64,000 nt of DNA, taken from NCBI RefSeq assembly GCF_009914755.1, contig NC_060946.1; one strand, written 5' to 3'. The DNA comes from the human T2T-CHM13v2.0 reference genome, Homo sapiens. The position numbers and the translations under genes are program-made. Shown here in pieces: positions 47,114 through 62,935 of the stretch; within the stretch, counting starts at the first letter, position 1; each line of letters starts with the position of its first letter. The notes below the pieces were generated by a model that made no database searches, was not told the origin of the DNA, and was given only the letters and a program-made list of their open reading frames with translations.

Positions 47114-49909
47114 GTAAGCAACTGCCGTCAACCTCTCTGGGCCTCAGGGTGCTCTCTTTTAGAATGGGACAGCAGCCCCTGCCTCACAGGGTCCTAGATA
47201 AAGGAATACAGCGCAGGTGGGAAATGCAGCTGCAAGAAGCAAACATTTGTGGGCTCAGCCTGTGTGTCCAGTTGCGTTCTAGGGGCTGGACACACAGTAG
47301 TAGCAAAGCAGACGCTGTTTTCCCCTTCATAGGCTTGTGCTCTAGATGAGGAGACCGGCAGTGACTCTAATGTGATTCCATATGTCAGTTGATGGCAGGT
47401 AGGATGAAGAACAGTAAAGCAGGGTAAGGAAGACAGGAATGCATGGTGGAAAAGGCCCCAAGAGGAGATGCTGTCTGATGAGGGACCTGAGGAAGATGTC
47501 AGCTAAGGGGCTTTCTAAGGAACAAACATTCCAGCCAGAAGGAACAGCCAGTCCAAAGGCTCAGAGGTGGACTCAGAAAAGTGACTTGCGATTAAGATGA
47601 TGATGGGATGTTGGTGATGGCGATGCTTGTCTGGGTGATACAAGGGCCTTGAGGCCCCTTTTTGGCCCCCGGGGGTTGGGGTGGTCTTTGGGGAGGCTGA
47701 GGACGCTGCCTAGAGAGCCAGGGGAGGGCCAGGAGTGAGCAACAGAGGCTCTGGTTGAAACCCTCCCCAGCTACTAAGACAATGTGTCTGGGGAGAAAGA
47801 GGAGAAAGGAGGCTGCAAAGATGGTGAGGAAAAGAACATCAGGGTCGTGTTTTGGGAGGCAAATTGAAGGCCCGGTAGAGGGGCCAAGTTTCTGCACCCT
47901 GGATGTCAGCATGCTCCAGAGCTGCAACAGTTCTGGTGAACACGGCTGCTGGAATTCCAGAACCTAAGGGCTCGTGGGAGCTGTCTGCTCCCCAGGTCCA
48001 GATGACCTCAGCCTTGTCCAGGAGCACCCTTGCTTCAAACGCACCTAATGTGGAGCAGCCTGGCCCCGCCCACTGGGCATCCCCCTTCCTCCCCACCCCC
48101 AGATGGAAGCCTCGGGCCCCAGGGAACCCAGAGAACCACTGATCCATTTCAACAGCCCCCCCAGTGGCAGAAGGGAGAAAAGAGGCCAAGGGAGGAAAAC
48201 AGCCTCTCTAAGGCAGGAGCAGGACCAAATCCTGTTCCCTGAATCCCTATCCAGGGCTCACTCTGACCCCTGCCTCTCCCATGGGCTTTGGGGGCTCCCA
48301 AAATCACAGCTCAGTGAGCACAGCTTGGGGGCACCTGGTTGGCACAGGGAGACCCAGCGAAGGGCAGCACCTGGCTCAGGCCTCTCAGCAGACATGAGGG
48401 TGGGATGAGGGGGGGAGGGCACCCACCGAGATGCAACCCCCCTGCCTGTGTGTCCAGCAGGGCGCTTTGTCCTTTCGGGTCCTAACATACTGAGGTTACA
48501 GGGATGGCTGTCTCCATGTTGCAGATAAGGAAACTGAGGCTCCCAGAGGTGAACTAGAGACGGGGACTGACTTGCTTGAGGTCACACGGCCAGTCAGCAG
48601 CAGAGCAGGGACGAGAACCTGCGGGAGAGAGCCCCAGGTTGGCCGGGGCTATGGAGAGGGCAGGGGAGGGGAGTCTCTGCTTTGCTTCAGCCGGTACTAG
48701 GGAGGAAATGGATTAAATGGGGTCAATGGGTTCTCCATCGAGTAGTTGGTCTTTTCATTCATTCACTCTACAAACGACCTTCCAGTGTGCTATGCAGTGC
48801 TGGGGACAGCAGTGACCCAGCCATGGGCCTAACCCTGGGGGACAGGTGTTGGTCTGGAATGTTGGGGGTGGGGTGGAGAGGCAGGAGCCACATCCTGCAG
48901 GACCCTGACCCAGCTGTGCAAATGGACACAGACCTACAGATGGGAGGAAGCAACTTTTCCCACTGGGGCAGAGGAGATCTGGGAAGACCTCCTTGAGAAG
49001 GAGGCCAGAGGGAGGGAGAAAAGGTCATTTCCCTGTTGCCCAGACTGGGTCTTAAATGGGGCTTCTTCATGGCACGGTGACTTCCCCTCTCTGAGTTCTG
49101 ATTTGTCATCTCTACGTGGGTGCCATCATCCTGGCCTGGCCTGGGGAAGCGGGGATTGGGAGTTAGCCGGACCTCGCTCAGGTTCCAGCTCTGCACCACC
49201 CTGCCAGTGGTCATGGTCTCTTCCTTCTATGGGCCTCAGTTTTCTCACCTTTATTATGGACAGGCTGGTGACTCAGGGGCCCCCAGGGCTGCCTCCCCTC
49301 CTCTCCTGAGGTGGGCCTGTGTCGGGAAGCAGGTAAGGCGCCCTCCCCCAGGGCCTGCCGGGAAGGTGAGAGGGCCAGACAGCAAAGCCCCAGTGTGGCC
49401 AAAGACAAGCACTGTGCTGGTGCAGAGAAGACAGGCAGCGCAGTTAAAAATAGAGCCAGCTCGGCTGGGGCGGTGGGGGGCGATGGGGGAGGAAGCCGCA
49501 CTCCGCAGAGCCTGTGGGGCTTGTGGGGCTGGGGCGGGGAGCAGCTCCACCCACACCCCCTCTGCCCCAGGGTCCCTCCTACTGAGACTTTGAGGGGCCT
49601 CTTTATTTAGGGCCCTGAGATGGCATCCTCCTCCTGCCCTGGAAAGGGGAAGTGAGGCCAGCTGTCCTGGAAGCAGGGCTGCAAGCTCAAAGATTTCTAA
49701 AAATACGATGGGAAAGAGGAAGGACAAAGAGGAAGTGGGGAGGAGCCGGGGAGATGGGCACATTCACCAGCCTGGGCGCAAGGGCAGCACCAGCCTGTGG
49801 GCTTGGGGTGGGGGTTCATGTCACACCTTGTGAGGTTGTGAGAAGCACAGAGATAAGTGAGAAGGAAACGGGGTGTGTGGTGGTGGTGGTGGTGGTGGTA
49901 ATTTTATTA

Positions 49910-50277
<368 letters not shown>

Positions 50278-52304
50278 CTACACCGGTGCCTGAAACTCTG
50301 AAATGGGGAGGAATCTCCTCTTTTTAACAAATAGAGGAAGGGTCAGTAGGCTCCGTGTGCACCATGTAAGACACAGCAAGCCCGGGGCCATCATCACCCT
50401 CATGTGGGTTCAGATGCTTTGACCAGTTGCCACCTATTCGGGACAGGACCCCCGTCAGAAGGGGACAGGGAACTGAGGATTCACGAACACACTTGTCAAC
50501 CAGAAGGGAGTATGAAAGGAGCTGTATGCAGTAAAAATACAAGCAACCTGCTCACTATTCCCATGCAATCCCACTCCCCTGGGAACCGTGCCTCAGTTTC
50601 CCCAGCTCTGCAAAGTTGGCTTTGCAGGGGTTGGGGGGGGCAACTGCAGGCATCATTCTGCATCTTGCCTTTATTCTGAAACGTGTAACCCCGTCAGAAA
50701 CCCAGATTTAGCGTCCGACGGGTGTTTGATGGTTCGTATGGAGAGATCAGCCTTCGGAAGATCAACATCAGGGCTGTAAGCCTCCGAGCCCCAGATGGAC
50801 CCAGATGTGAATCCCAGCTCTGCCACCCTCCAGCTGTGTCACCTTTGGGAGGACACTTCACGTCTCTGAGTCTCAGGGGCCTCACCTGTAGGATGAGCTT
50901 AGAAGTACCTTTCCTTTCGGAGTGGTTGTGGGATTCAATGAGAGTGGATGGGAAGAGCCTGGATCACACAGGGCCTGGCGCACCATGGGTGCTCAGCCAC
51001 CATGCCTTCCTTAACCAACGGCGTGGCTTGGTTATTGAGCCATGCAGATCCCAGAAACGCTGTGGGGAATGGGAAGGGGTGGGGGCAGGGATGGCTCCTA
51101 GATGGAACCCAGGAGGACCCCTGAAAAGGGATCTGAAGTAGGAGATAAGGAGGGGCTGCTGGCAGAGAGGAGAAGGAAGGGCGTTCTGGGTACAAGGAAT
51201 GGTGGTGCAAAGGCTTTTGGAAGGCTAGAGCTCAGGGGAGTGAATGAAGGGCAGCCAGGGAGGCAGAGCACGGAGCTGGGACGGGGAGGGGCACAGTGTG
51301 AGAGGAGCGTGGAGGGGATACACCAGCAGGACTGGTGAGATTTGGGGTCTTTGTCCCCAGGACAATGGGATGCCATGGGAAACTGGACCAGAATGGGTAG
51401 AAGAGGCAGGGAGGCATCCGAAAGCCCTGAAGTCCCCCCGAGCAAAGTGATAGCGGCTGGGATGACAGTGGAGCCATGGAAGGGGAAAGAAATGGACAGG
51501 ACTTGGTGATGGAGGAGACCCAAGGGGTGACAGCCAGGTGGGAGTCAGAGTGCCTCCTGGGGAAATGTGGACCATTTCCAGAGCTCAGGAATTCAGGAAG
51601 AGGATGGGGAGGAGGGGGCATTCTAGAAGTTCAATTTTGGGCACAATGACAAGAGCGGTGGTGACCAATACATAGGGGATGGTTGGATCTGAAGCTCAGA
51701 GGAGGGGCTGGAACAGAGGATGTGTGAATGATTCCCTGGACCCTGAAGGCAGGTGGGAGCCAGCAGCTGATGAAGCCCCGTGGGGACCAGGAAGGTCGGC
51801 CTAGGAGGAGCTTCAGGAGCCCCATCACTCAATTCTGGCCATCCACACCTTGGAGCATCCGTAGGAATGCTGGAGCACACCCTGGCTTCTCTCAGACAAG
51901 CAGCCAGTCTGGAATCCACTCAGCCTCCTCCAGCAGGTGCGCCCTGGGCAGAAACACAACCCCAAGCCAACAGGAAAACTGTATAAAGCCAACAAACAAA
52001 ACAAAACAGAATCGGATTGTTCACCTCCAAGGCAACCCAAGGTGATTGGTTTTTTCCCATGGATGAGACCAACGGCCTCCCCGCCAGCTCCTGCCGGAAG
52101 AGTTCCGGAGCCAGCTTCCAGCACTGCCTCCCCGGCTGTCCCTGCTCTGCATCTCCACACAGGTGGTCCCTTACACCTTCCATCCCTGCATGTCCCAAGC
52201 AGTTTGGGAATCCACCTCTCCTGGGGCAGAGGCGTGGGGGTCAGCAAACAAGGGTGCAGTTCCCAGCACTGCCACTTCCTGTGAATGAGACCTGGGGCGA
52301 GTCA

Positions 52305-55010
<2,706 letters not shown>

Positions 55011-55016
55011 TCTTGG

Positions 55017-55333
55017 GTTTTTTTGTTTGTTTTGTTTTGTTTTGTTTTGGAGACAGAGTCTCACTCTGTTGCCCAGGCTGGAGTGCAGTGGCATGATCTG
55101 GGCTCCCTGCAAGCTCCGCCTCCCAGGTTCACGCCATTCTCCTGCCTCAGCCTCCTCCGGTGTACCTGGGACTACAGGTGCCCACCACCATGCCCGGCTA
55201 ATTTTTTGTATTTTTAGTAGAGATGGGGTTTCACTGTGTTATCCAGGATGGTCTCGATCTCCTGACCTCGTGACCCGCCCGCCTCGGCCTCCCAAAGTGC
55301 TGGGATTAGAGGCGTGAGCCACCTTGCCTGACC
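55017..55333 (-). mobile_element. AluY
   Basis: gcaagctccgcctcccaggttcacgccattc diagnostic. Confidence 0.9.
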
Positions 55334-57146
55334 GGGACTTGGCTTTTTATTGCAGTGGCTGCCCTTGGTCAGGGGAACTCCTGGGCGTGGCACCTCCCTT
55401 TGGCTGAGGCTAGTGTCTGGGGAGGGATTCAGCTGTGAGCCATCAGCAGGCTTTCCTCCCAGCAGCTGGGGGGATGGTGCCTTGGTCCTGAAGAGAAGAG
55501 CCAGATGCACACAGCACCCATTGCACACATGTGGGACTCAGCATATGTTGGATTCTTGCTGGGTGTTTGACAAAGTGTAGCTCTTTCCTTCCTGACAGCT
55601 GCCCTGTGAGGCAAGGGTTATGGTTCACATTTCACAGATGAGGATGCTGTATTAGGTATATCTCAGATTTAGCTGCTTAAAGAGACTCAGAATAACAGCA
55701 ACCGAAACATTCTCAAAACTGATTTATTTCTTATTGAAAAGTCCAAATGGATAGGTGGGCCAGGTGAACATGATGAGTCTTCTCCACACCGCTGCCTGGG
55801 GACCTGGGCTCCATCTAGCCTGGTGCCCTGCATCTCCGCATGGGGCTTTAATCTCAACAGCCACAATGCCTGCTTAATCATGAGAAGGAGAAGTAGGGAA
55901 AGGGAGCGCTCAACATTCCCTCTGTGTTCTTTTGGAGGAAATGATGTCTATCCTTGTAAAACCTTTAAGAAATGCGGCCAGGCACTTCCCGACGCTGGAA
56001 CTTGAAGGTCAGCGAGGATTTGGGCAGGCAGACAGGAGAAGGCATCCCAGAGTACAGGAGCGGCCTGGGCAAACATGGGGAAGTGGGACTGAGTCCTGGA
56101 TGGCTCTGGAGCAGGAAGGAGCTGGCAGGCTGGACTGGCAGGCTCTTTTTGGGAATGGCAGGGAATAAGTCTGGCTGCCAAGGCTGGAGAGGTTGTGGAG
56201 GCCCCAGGCCCAGGATGAAGACTTTCTCTCTGAGTAATAGGGAGGCCATATTACTCAGAGAAGGAGAGTGTTGTGGATGAAACAGAAGCCACCATGAAGC
56301 ATGAAGATAGGACAGCTGACCTAGTTGTGGGCATCATCACAGCACCTTGCATAGAATGCCGCACACACAAATCTTATTTCATTTAATTCATTTCCAAGTG
56401 GAGATGAAAGAGCACAGGCTTTGGAGTCAGCCCAATTCAAGGTCCCATCCTGGCTCAGTGACCTTTTCCCTGTGGGTTGAGTCACCTCACCTCTCTGAGC
56501 CCCAGTATCCAGGGGCAGGGACTATAAAATATCCCCCAAATCCAGCCTCCCCATTTTACACAGTAAGGACATCAGGACCACCCTGCTACAGGCTCATTTC
56601 CCAGCCTCCCTTGCAGCTAGGTGTGGCCACGTGACTACATTCTGGCCAATGGGATGTGAGGAAAATGGTATACCACTTCTTGGTTGTTCAAATAAATAAG
56701 TGAATAAATAATGAGCCCATGAGCCAGTGGAGGAGGAGATTCAAGTTCCGGGGAAGGAATGCGTGCCTTCAGCGAGTGTTTAACTGAGTGCTTATGACAT
56801 GTCAGACTCTTTCTAGGTGCTGGGGACACAGTAGTGAGCAAAAGAGTAGAACAACTGAACTCTCATGGAGCCGAGAGTCTAGCGGGAGGGACAGAAAAGA
56901 TGCAAGGAAACAGGATCCTTTTGGGGGTGTCTATCCAGGGGGGTGGGAGAAACAGGAAGCAGGGCAGGAGAGGAGGGAGCAGGGGCTGCTTTAGACAGGG
57001 CAGTCAGGGGAGGCTTCCTGGAGGAGGTGGGCCTCTGTGAATAGGGCAAGTCCTGGGTTTCCGGAGGGAAGGGGGCCCTGCAGAAGTGAGGGCAAGTGGG
57101 TGTGGCTGGAGCCAAGTGATGGGGAAGGCCGGTTGTCTCTCTGTAG

Positions 57147-57229
57147 AGCCCGCGGAGCTGAGCAGCGGGGAGACGGAAGAGTTACAGAGGATCAAGTGGC
57201 ACCGAAAGCAGCTCCTGGAGGACATCCAG
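57147..57229 (+). CDS. CYTH4: CYTH4 exon 2 (EPAELSSGETEELQRIKWHRKQLLEDIQ; coiled coil)
   Basis: tctctctgtag| ... CAG|gtgagt, 83 nt; cytohesin N-terminal coiled-coil sequence. Confidence 0.96.
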
Positions 57230-58674
57230 GTGAGTGCACACTCGTGTCCACACACGTGTCCATGCCCACACTCCTGCACGCTTGTACGCACCCCACCAGC
57301 TCCTGACCCAGCCTGGTCAACAGACAGTGTGGCCAACTCTGGCTCATATCAGCCTCGGCCCCAGCCCCAGGAGCAGGGAGAACAACAAGACTGCAGACAC
57401 CCCGAGACCCAGGGAGAACTGGGAGAGCCGGGGAGGGAGGCAGCGATCCAATTAGGCGCCCACCGTGTGCCGATCCTCATCCTGGCCTTTACTTGCTTTG
57501 TCACAGGGCAGGCTCTGACCCCTGTGGTGAAGCTTCAGCCAGGTCTCACCCCTGCAGAGTGTAGACCACCTGGTCAAGATAACTCCCAGTATGTGCCCTG
57601 CACTTACCACTTCACCAATCAGACTCAGACGTCAGCTCATCTGGGTCAGCAGCTTCTGAGACAGGCTGGGTTCTGTTCCTGGAACGTGCCTTGCTCAGCA
57701 CTGCCCCTGGGCCTTTGCACTCGCAGTCCCCTCTGCCTGGGCTGCAGTGGCTGTGCCCACCCCCACTCCCATGCACATAAACTTAGGATTTCAGTGAGGA
57801 AATGAAGGCACAAAATTATTCACTCAGCTGCTGTTTCATTGAGCACCTACTATATGCCAGGATTTCTCTACCTTGCTCTGATGGTGTTCTGCATAGTCAT
57901 TCCAATTACCCTATGACCACCATGATCCCAGCCCCACCAGACTGTGCCCTCCATGAACACAGAGCCGAGGTCTGTCTTGCCCACCACTGCATCCCCAGCC
58001 CGCTGGGTGCAGCATTAATAGGTGCTCAGTTAATACTTGCAAATGAATCCCCATTGTATTTGTGGGGCAACCACTCAGTGGCTCTGCCAAGATGGCATGA
58101 ACAGGAGCTGACACGGCTCAGACACAGGCTCCCAAGTCCCATGCTGGCCCTGAGTCTCAGGACAAGTCCCTGGAACCAGCCCCTCACCAGCACCCTGCAG
58201 ATCCTGGGGAGAAAGGGGCTGGGTGCCTAATGGGGGTGCCGGCCAGAGGCTCATGCTGGTGTCCTTCAGGGGGTGCTGGTGGTTGGCAGGGGGAGGTGTT
58301 AGGGGGTCCCCTCTGCCACTGGGTGCCTCCTGCAGGGTCAAGATGAAATGGGCTTGGGGTCGAGTTGGGGGAAGCACAGGTTTGGAGTCAGACTGCGGGC
58401 GTGTCGTGTCATCTCTCTACGCCTCAGTGTCCTCTTCTGTAAAGTCCAGGGGAATTGCAAAGTCCCTGGAAAGAGGGCCTAGGCTGCCTGTGCGTGGTGT
58501 CCCCGTAGTACCTGGCAGGCACATAGCGGGCACTTAGTCAAGGGTGAGCAACATAGTAAATGGAGGAAAGCCAGAGAGAAGCTGAGGAAGCAGTAGGGAG
58601 CCATGGGAGGGGTTTGAGCAGGGGAAGGGCAGGCTCCATGCAGTGCTCCAGAAAGACACCAGCCGGGAGAGGCA

Positions 58675-58818
58675 GGCAGGGTGGAGGCGGGCAGGGTGGA
58701 GGTGGGCTGGGGGAGGTGGGCAGGGTGGAGGCGGGCGGGGGGTGCAGGCAGGGTGGAGGTGGGCAGGGTGGAGGCGGGCAGGGTGGAGGTGGGCTGGGGG
58801 AGGTGGGCAGTGGGGAGG
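58675..58818 (+). repeat. G-rich minisatellite, unit ~GGGCAGGGTGGAGGY (14-15 bp), ~10 copies
   Basis: Directly visible tandem array in CYTH4 intron 2. Confidence 0.9.
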
Positions 58819-59184
58819 CCGGCTTGTCGGGTAGGCTCGGCTAGAGTGCAGGAGACTTCATGGCTGCAGAGAGGAGAGATGGGAAGGTTGGAAAAAGGAT
58901 GGGCAAGGGATGGGGGCTTGGGGAATCCCACTCCCCAAGACAAGTGGAGGCATGGGTGCAGACAGAGGTGATAGTTTAGCATGCGACTTAGAAATTATGA
59001 GACATCCAGGGAGGGGACCTGTCCATGGAGGGTCCCTCAGACTGGGGACTCAGGACAGAGGTCAGGGAGAGGGGCCAGGTTTGAGAGTCGTGCCCAGGGG
59101 TAGGAGTGGTCCTTGTGGTCTCAAACCCCCGGGGTTCTGGCCTCCACCCCTGACTCTCCCTGTCCTGCCCCTGCCACCCCACAG

Positions 59185-59249
59185 AAGCTGAAGGATGAGA
59201 TTGCAGATGTGTTTGCCCAAATCGACTGCTTCGAGAGTGCGGAGGAGAG
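59185..59249 (+). CDS. CYTH4: CYTH4 exon 3 (KLKDEIADVFAQIDCFESAEE S)
   Basis: ccccacag| ... AG|gtgagg, 65 nt, in frame. Confidence 0.96.
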
Positions 59250-59893
59250 GTGAGGGGCTTGGGTGGGGACCCCCAGAAACTGCCATGGTTGCTTCCCAAG
59301 GATGTCATACACCTTGAATGAGCAGGGGCCACTCCCAGCCCCCTGGACCTGGTGAAATCAGGGATTGGCCAGGGAGAAGGAGGCAGCAACGAGACCGGAA
59401 CAGGGTGGCCCCGGCCCCATCCCGGGTCTGGTCCCTGCTCCCAGGCTGACCCTCTCTTGAGAGACACTGCGTCCTCCCCTCCCCCAACCCAAAGTCTCTC
59501 CTGACCCACTGTGGTCCAGCCCTGACCGATCACTGGCCACATCCACCCTGGGATGGGCGGGGAGAAGGGAAGCTCAGCCCCAAGGGCAAGGACAAGGAAG
59601 CCCAGGGCCCCAGGAGGACAGGAGCCTGGCCCTACCCCACCCCACTCACCACTAACCCCGGGCCAGCCACGCCCACCGCCTCTGTGGAAAACTCCCACTA
59701 TTTTGTGATCTGGGACAGATCCTGTCCCTCTCTGGGTCTCAGTTTCCCCATCTGTGCAACAAGAAGGTTGGTTGCTACACAGTCTCCTAAGGCCCCAGGG
59801 CACTGACTCTGACACACGATGTCCTGGCAATTTCCCATCCTGCGCCCGCCACTCCTTAGGTCTCCACCTGTCCAGCCTCCTCCCCTCCCCCAC

Positions 59894-59985
59894 CACACAC
59901 ATGCACACACACACACGCATGCACACACACACAAGCATGCACACACACACAAGCATGCACACACACACAAGCATGCACACACACG
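59894..59985 (+). repeat. CA-rich tandem repeat (CACACACACAAGCATG)n
   Basis: About 5 copies of a 16-bp unit in CYTH4 intron 3. Confidence 0.9.
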
Positions 59986-60523
59986 AGTGGCCGTTTCTCC
60001 AGCTCCCCTGTTCCAGCCACAACAATGACAACATAACACACCTACGCCTCACTGTTTTAGGTGCTTTAACCTCTCAACAATGCTGGGAGGCAGGTGGTGG
60101 TGTCACCTCCATTTTATAGATGAGGAACCTGAGGCCCAGAGAGAGGAAGTGACTCGCCCAAAGCAGCCCGGCTCAGATTCGCATCCAGGAGCCTGGCTCC
60201 AGCACCTGCGTGCTCAGCCCTCGCCCCCTCCCCCGGTTTCTTGCACAGGGCCCCTCCACCTTCTCCCACACGGCAGCTCCGGGTTCCTGCAAGCTGCTAA
60301 ATGCCCGTGCTGGGCCCATCAGAGAAGTCAGCTGCAGAGCTCTGGGAGGAGCCAGGCCTTGCACTGCTCTCTCCCGCCCAGGTGGTTCCCGTGCAGGACC
60401 CGGAGGCCACACTTGGAGGGCCCTAGAGGGGTATGGGCTCCTGCTGAGGCAAGGGTCCTTGGGGAGTGGAGAGGGTAATTCAGGGTCCTGGGGCAGCCCA
60501 AGCTGACGTCCTCATGTCCACAG

Positions 60524-60590
60524 CCGGATGGCCCAGAAGGAGAAGGAGCTGTGTATTGGGCGCAAGAAGTTCAACATGGACCCCGCCAAG
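60524..60590 (+). CDS. CYTH4: CYTH4 exon 4 (RMAQKEKELCIGRKKFNMDPAK; start of Sec7 domain)
   Basis: Branch-like gctgac, then tccacag| ... AAG|gtaggt, 67 nt; GRKKFNMDP cytohesin Sec7 motif. Confidence 0.96.
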
Positions 60591-62088
60591 GTAGGTGGCT
60601 GTGGAGGGCCCGGGCCACAGGGTGTGGGGGCTGCATGGGAGCACCTGCCTGGTGTCCTCTCGCTCCCCTCGGCTGACACGACCCCTTTCCAGAGGAGGAA
60701 GCTGTGCCCAGCAGAGCTGAGCATCTTGTCCAGTGCCCCATGGCCAGCTGTGGCTGGGCGCCCTGTCTACTCCCAGGCATACACGCCTTGGGGCAGGAGG
60801 AGCCAGGAGCATGGAGGAGGCCACGGTGTCCATGCACTTGGCCTAGTCCCTTCCCCACTCTGGGCCTCCATTTCCTTCTCCATGAATGTGGCTTGGGACA
60901 GTGGAGCTCTTGGATCTGGGGCTTAGGCTCCAGAAGCATCTTCCAGCCCTGGGCTCAGGGAGGGCCAGTCCTGCGGTCCCACCACCCACCCCTCTGCTAG
61001 TAGGAGCAGCAGCTCAGGGCTGGGTTACCTCGATCCCCCACACCACTCCCAAGCCCCTGGCCTCACCCCACCAGGTGGCAGCTGGGCTTCCATCCTGAAA
61101 GGACGGAGACAGAAGGAAACCGCAGGCAGACACACCGAGGTGGGGTCAGGTGGCCAGCAGAGAGCACCAAGCTGGGGTCCCTGGAAATTTACCGCTCTGG
61201 CTTAGAAGGCTCCCTGTCCCCATCACAGGCCCAAAGTGTTATAACCATTCACCTCTCATGGCTACAGACCCTTGGACTCCTGCTCCTACCCACAGAGACC
61301 CCCGCAGGCTCACACTCTCACCCCACCCAGCACCCAGGGGTGTCCTCTGCATCCTCTGCCTGTCACTGGGCCCTCATGGCCTGTGCCCAACTTCCAGCAG
61401 TGGAACACAGAGGAATCTTCATGGAGAGCCAGAGACCAACCCCTCCAACTCCTAAAACTAGGATGACAAACTCTGAGTGCCTTGGTGGTGAGGAAAGGTG
61501 CTTGTGATATTGTCAAATCCGAAAAACAGATTTAAATGTGACAGGCATGGTCTGAGCCCATTTTCACATAGAAAGGGAAGGAAGGTCACCACGATGGAAG
61601 CTGTCTGCCTCCGAGCGGTAGGGCCCGGGCAATTTCCTCCCCTTTGGATTGAGCTGGTTTTTCTAACTTTTATACAATAGACATAGATTACTTGTGTGAA
61701 AGAATGAAACGCTATTTTTAAATAATATGAGTTTTAGGGGAACAAAAGAAATGGCTGAATCATTGAATCTCAGAATCACAAATTCCTAGAGTCACTGAAG
61801 CATATAATCAAAGAATGTCAGACTGAGGGGGACCCTGGGGAGTACCTGGCATGAACCTGGTTCATGGCAGGAAAGCTGACTTTCTTTGCATGCCTCCAGT
61901 GATGGGGAACTCATCACCTCCCAAAGGCAGCTCCTATGAAAGAGGGGTCAAAACTTCCCAGAACAGACTGTGCCAACACCAGAATGCCAGGCTCCAGGAT
62001 TCTGGCCATGGAAGCTCCTTCCTCCCTTCCCCCTCCCAGGCCTGCTTCCATGCAGCAGCTGCTCACGGCTTCTGTGTACCCCCTCCAG

Positions 62089-62207
62089 GGTATCCAGTAT
62101 TTCATTGAGCACAAGCTGCTGACCCCTGACGTCCAGGACATTGCACGGTTCCTGTATAAAGGCGAGGGCCTCAACAAGACAGCCATTGGTACCTACCTGG
62201 GGGAGAG
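62089..62207 (+). CDS. CYTH4: CYTH4 exon 5 ([40 protein letters not shown]; Sec7)
   Basis: ccctccag| ... AG|gtaaga, 119 nt; [14 protein letters not shown] is typical of cytohesins. Confidence 0.97.
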
Positions 62208-62612
62208 GTAAGAACGAGTGGAGCCTTAGCGAGGCAGGAAATGAAGGTGTGCAGGTGTGTACAGGTGTGTGGATGTGCAGGTGAGAGGATGAATTATGTT
62301 AGCAAAGTCATCACTCCTAGTGCTTGAGGGGCTCACGGATCATCCCCTCCAGATTCTGAGTCAAAGCCTGACTGCCTTCATTCATTTAGTCATTTATTCA
62401 ACAAATAAATGTTGCTCAGGGTCTACTGTGTTCCAGGCACCATCCTAAGCCCTGGGTGTACACCAGTGAATAAGACAGACAAAACTCTTGTCCTCAGGAA
62501 GTCCATGCTAGTGGGAGAGACAGGTCTCAATAGTTGTAAAATATGTTAGAGAATGATAAGCTCTGTGGAATACAAATCGAGCAGGGAAGGGAAGTCAGAA
62601 ATGCTGGGGACC

Positions 62613-62935
62613 GGCCAGGCTCGGGGCTCATGCCTGTAATCCCAGCACTTTGGGAGGCCGAGGCAGGCAGATCGCGAGGTCAGGAGTTCCAGATCAGCCT
62701 AGCCAACGTGGTGAAACCCCGTCTCTACTAAAAATACAAAAATTAGCCGGATGTGGTGGCGGGTGCCTGTAGTCCCAGTTACTCAGGAGGCTGAAGCAGG
62801 GGAATCGCTTGAGCCTGGGAGTCGGAGGTTGTAGTGAGCCAAGATCACGCCATTGCACTCCAGCCTGGGCAACAGATTGAGAACGAGACTCCGTCTCAAA
62901 AAAAAAAAGAAAAGAAAAGAAAACAAAGAAAGAAA
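62613..62935 (+). mobile_element. AluS within an L2
   Basis: TSD atgctggggacc. Confidence 0.9.

Noticed and set aside
57086-57805. 239-aa ORF containing CYTH4 exon 2
   Set aside because: Only 57147-57229 is cytohesin-like and bounded by splice sites; the rest is open intron.
58988-60052. 354-aa minus-strand ORF
   Set aside because: Built from the CA repeat (CVCMLV) and GC-rich intron antisense to CYTH4; no recognisable domain.
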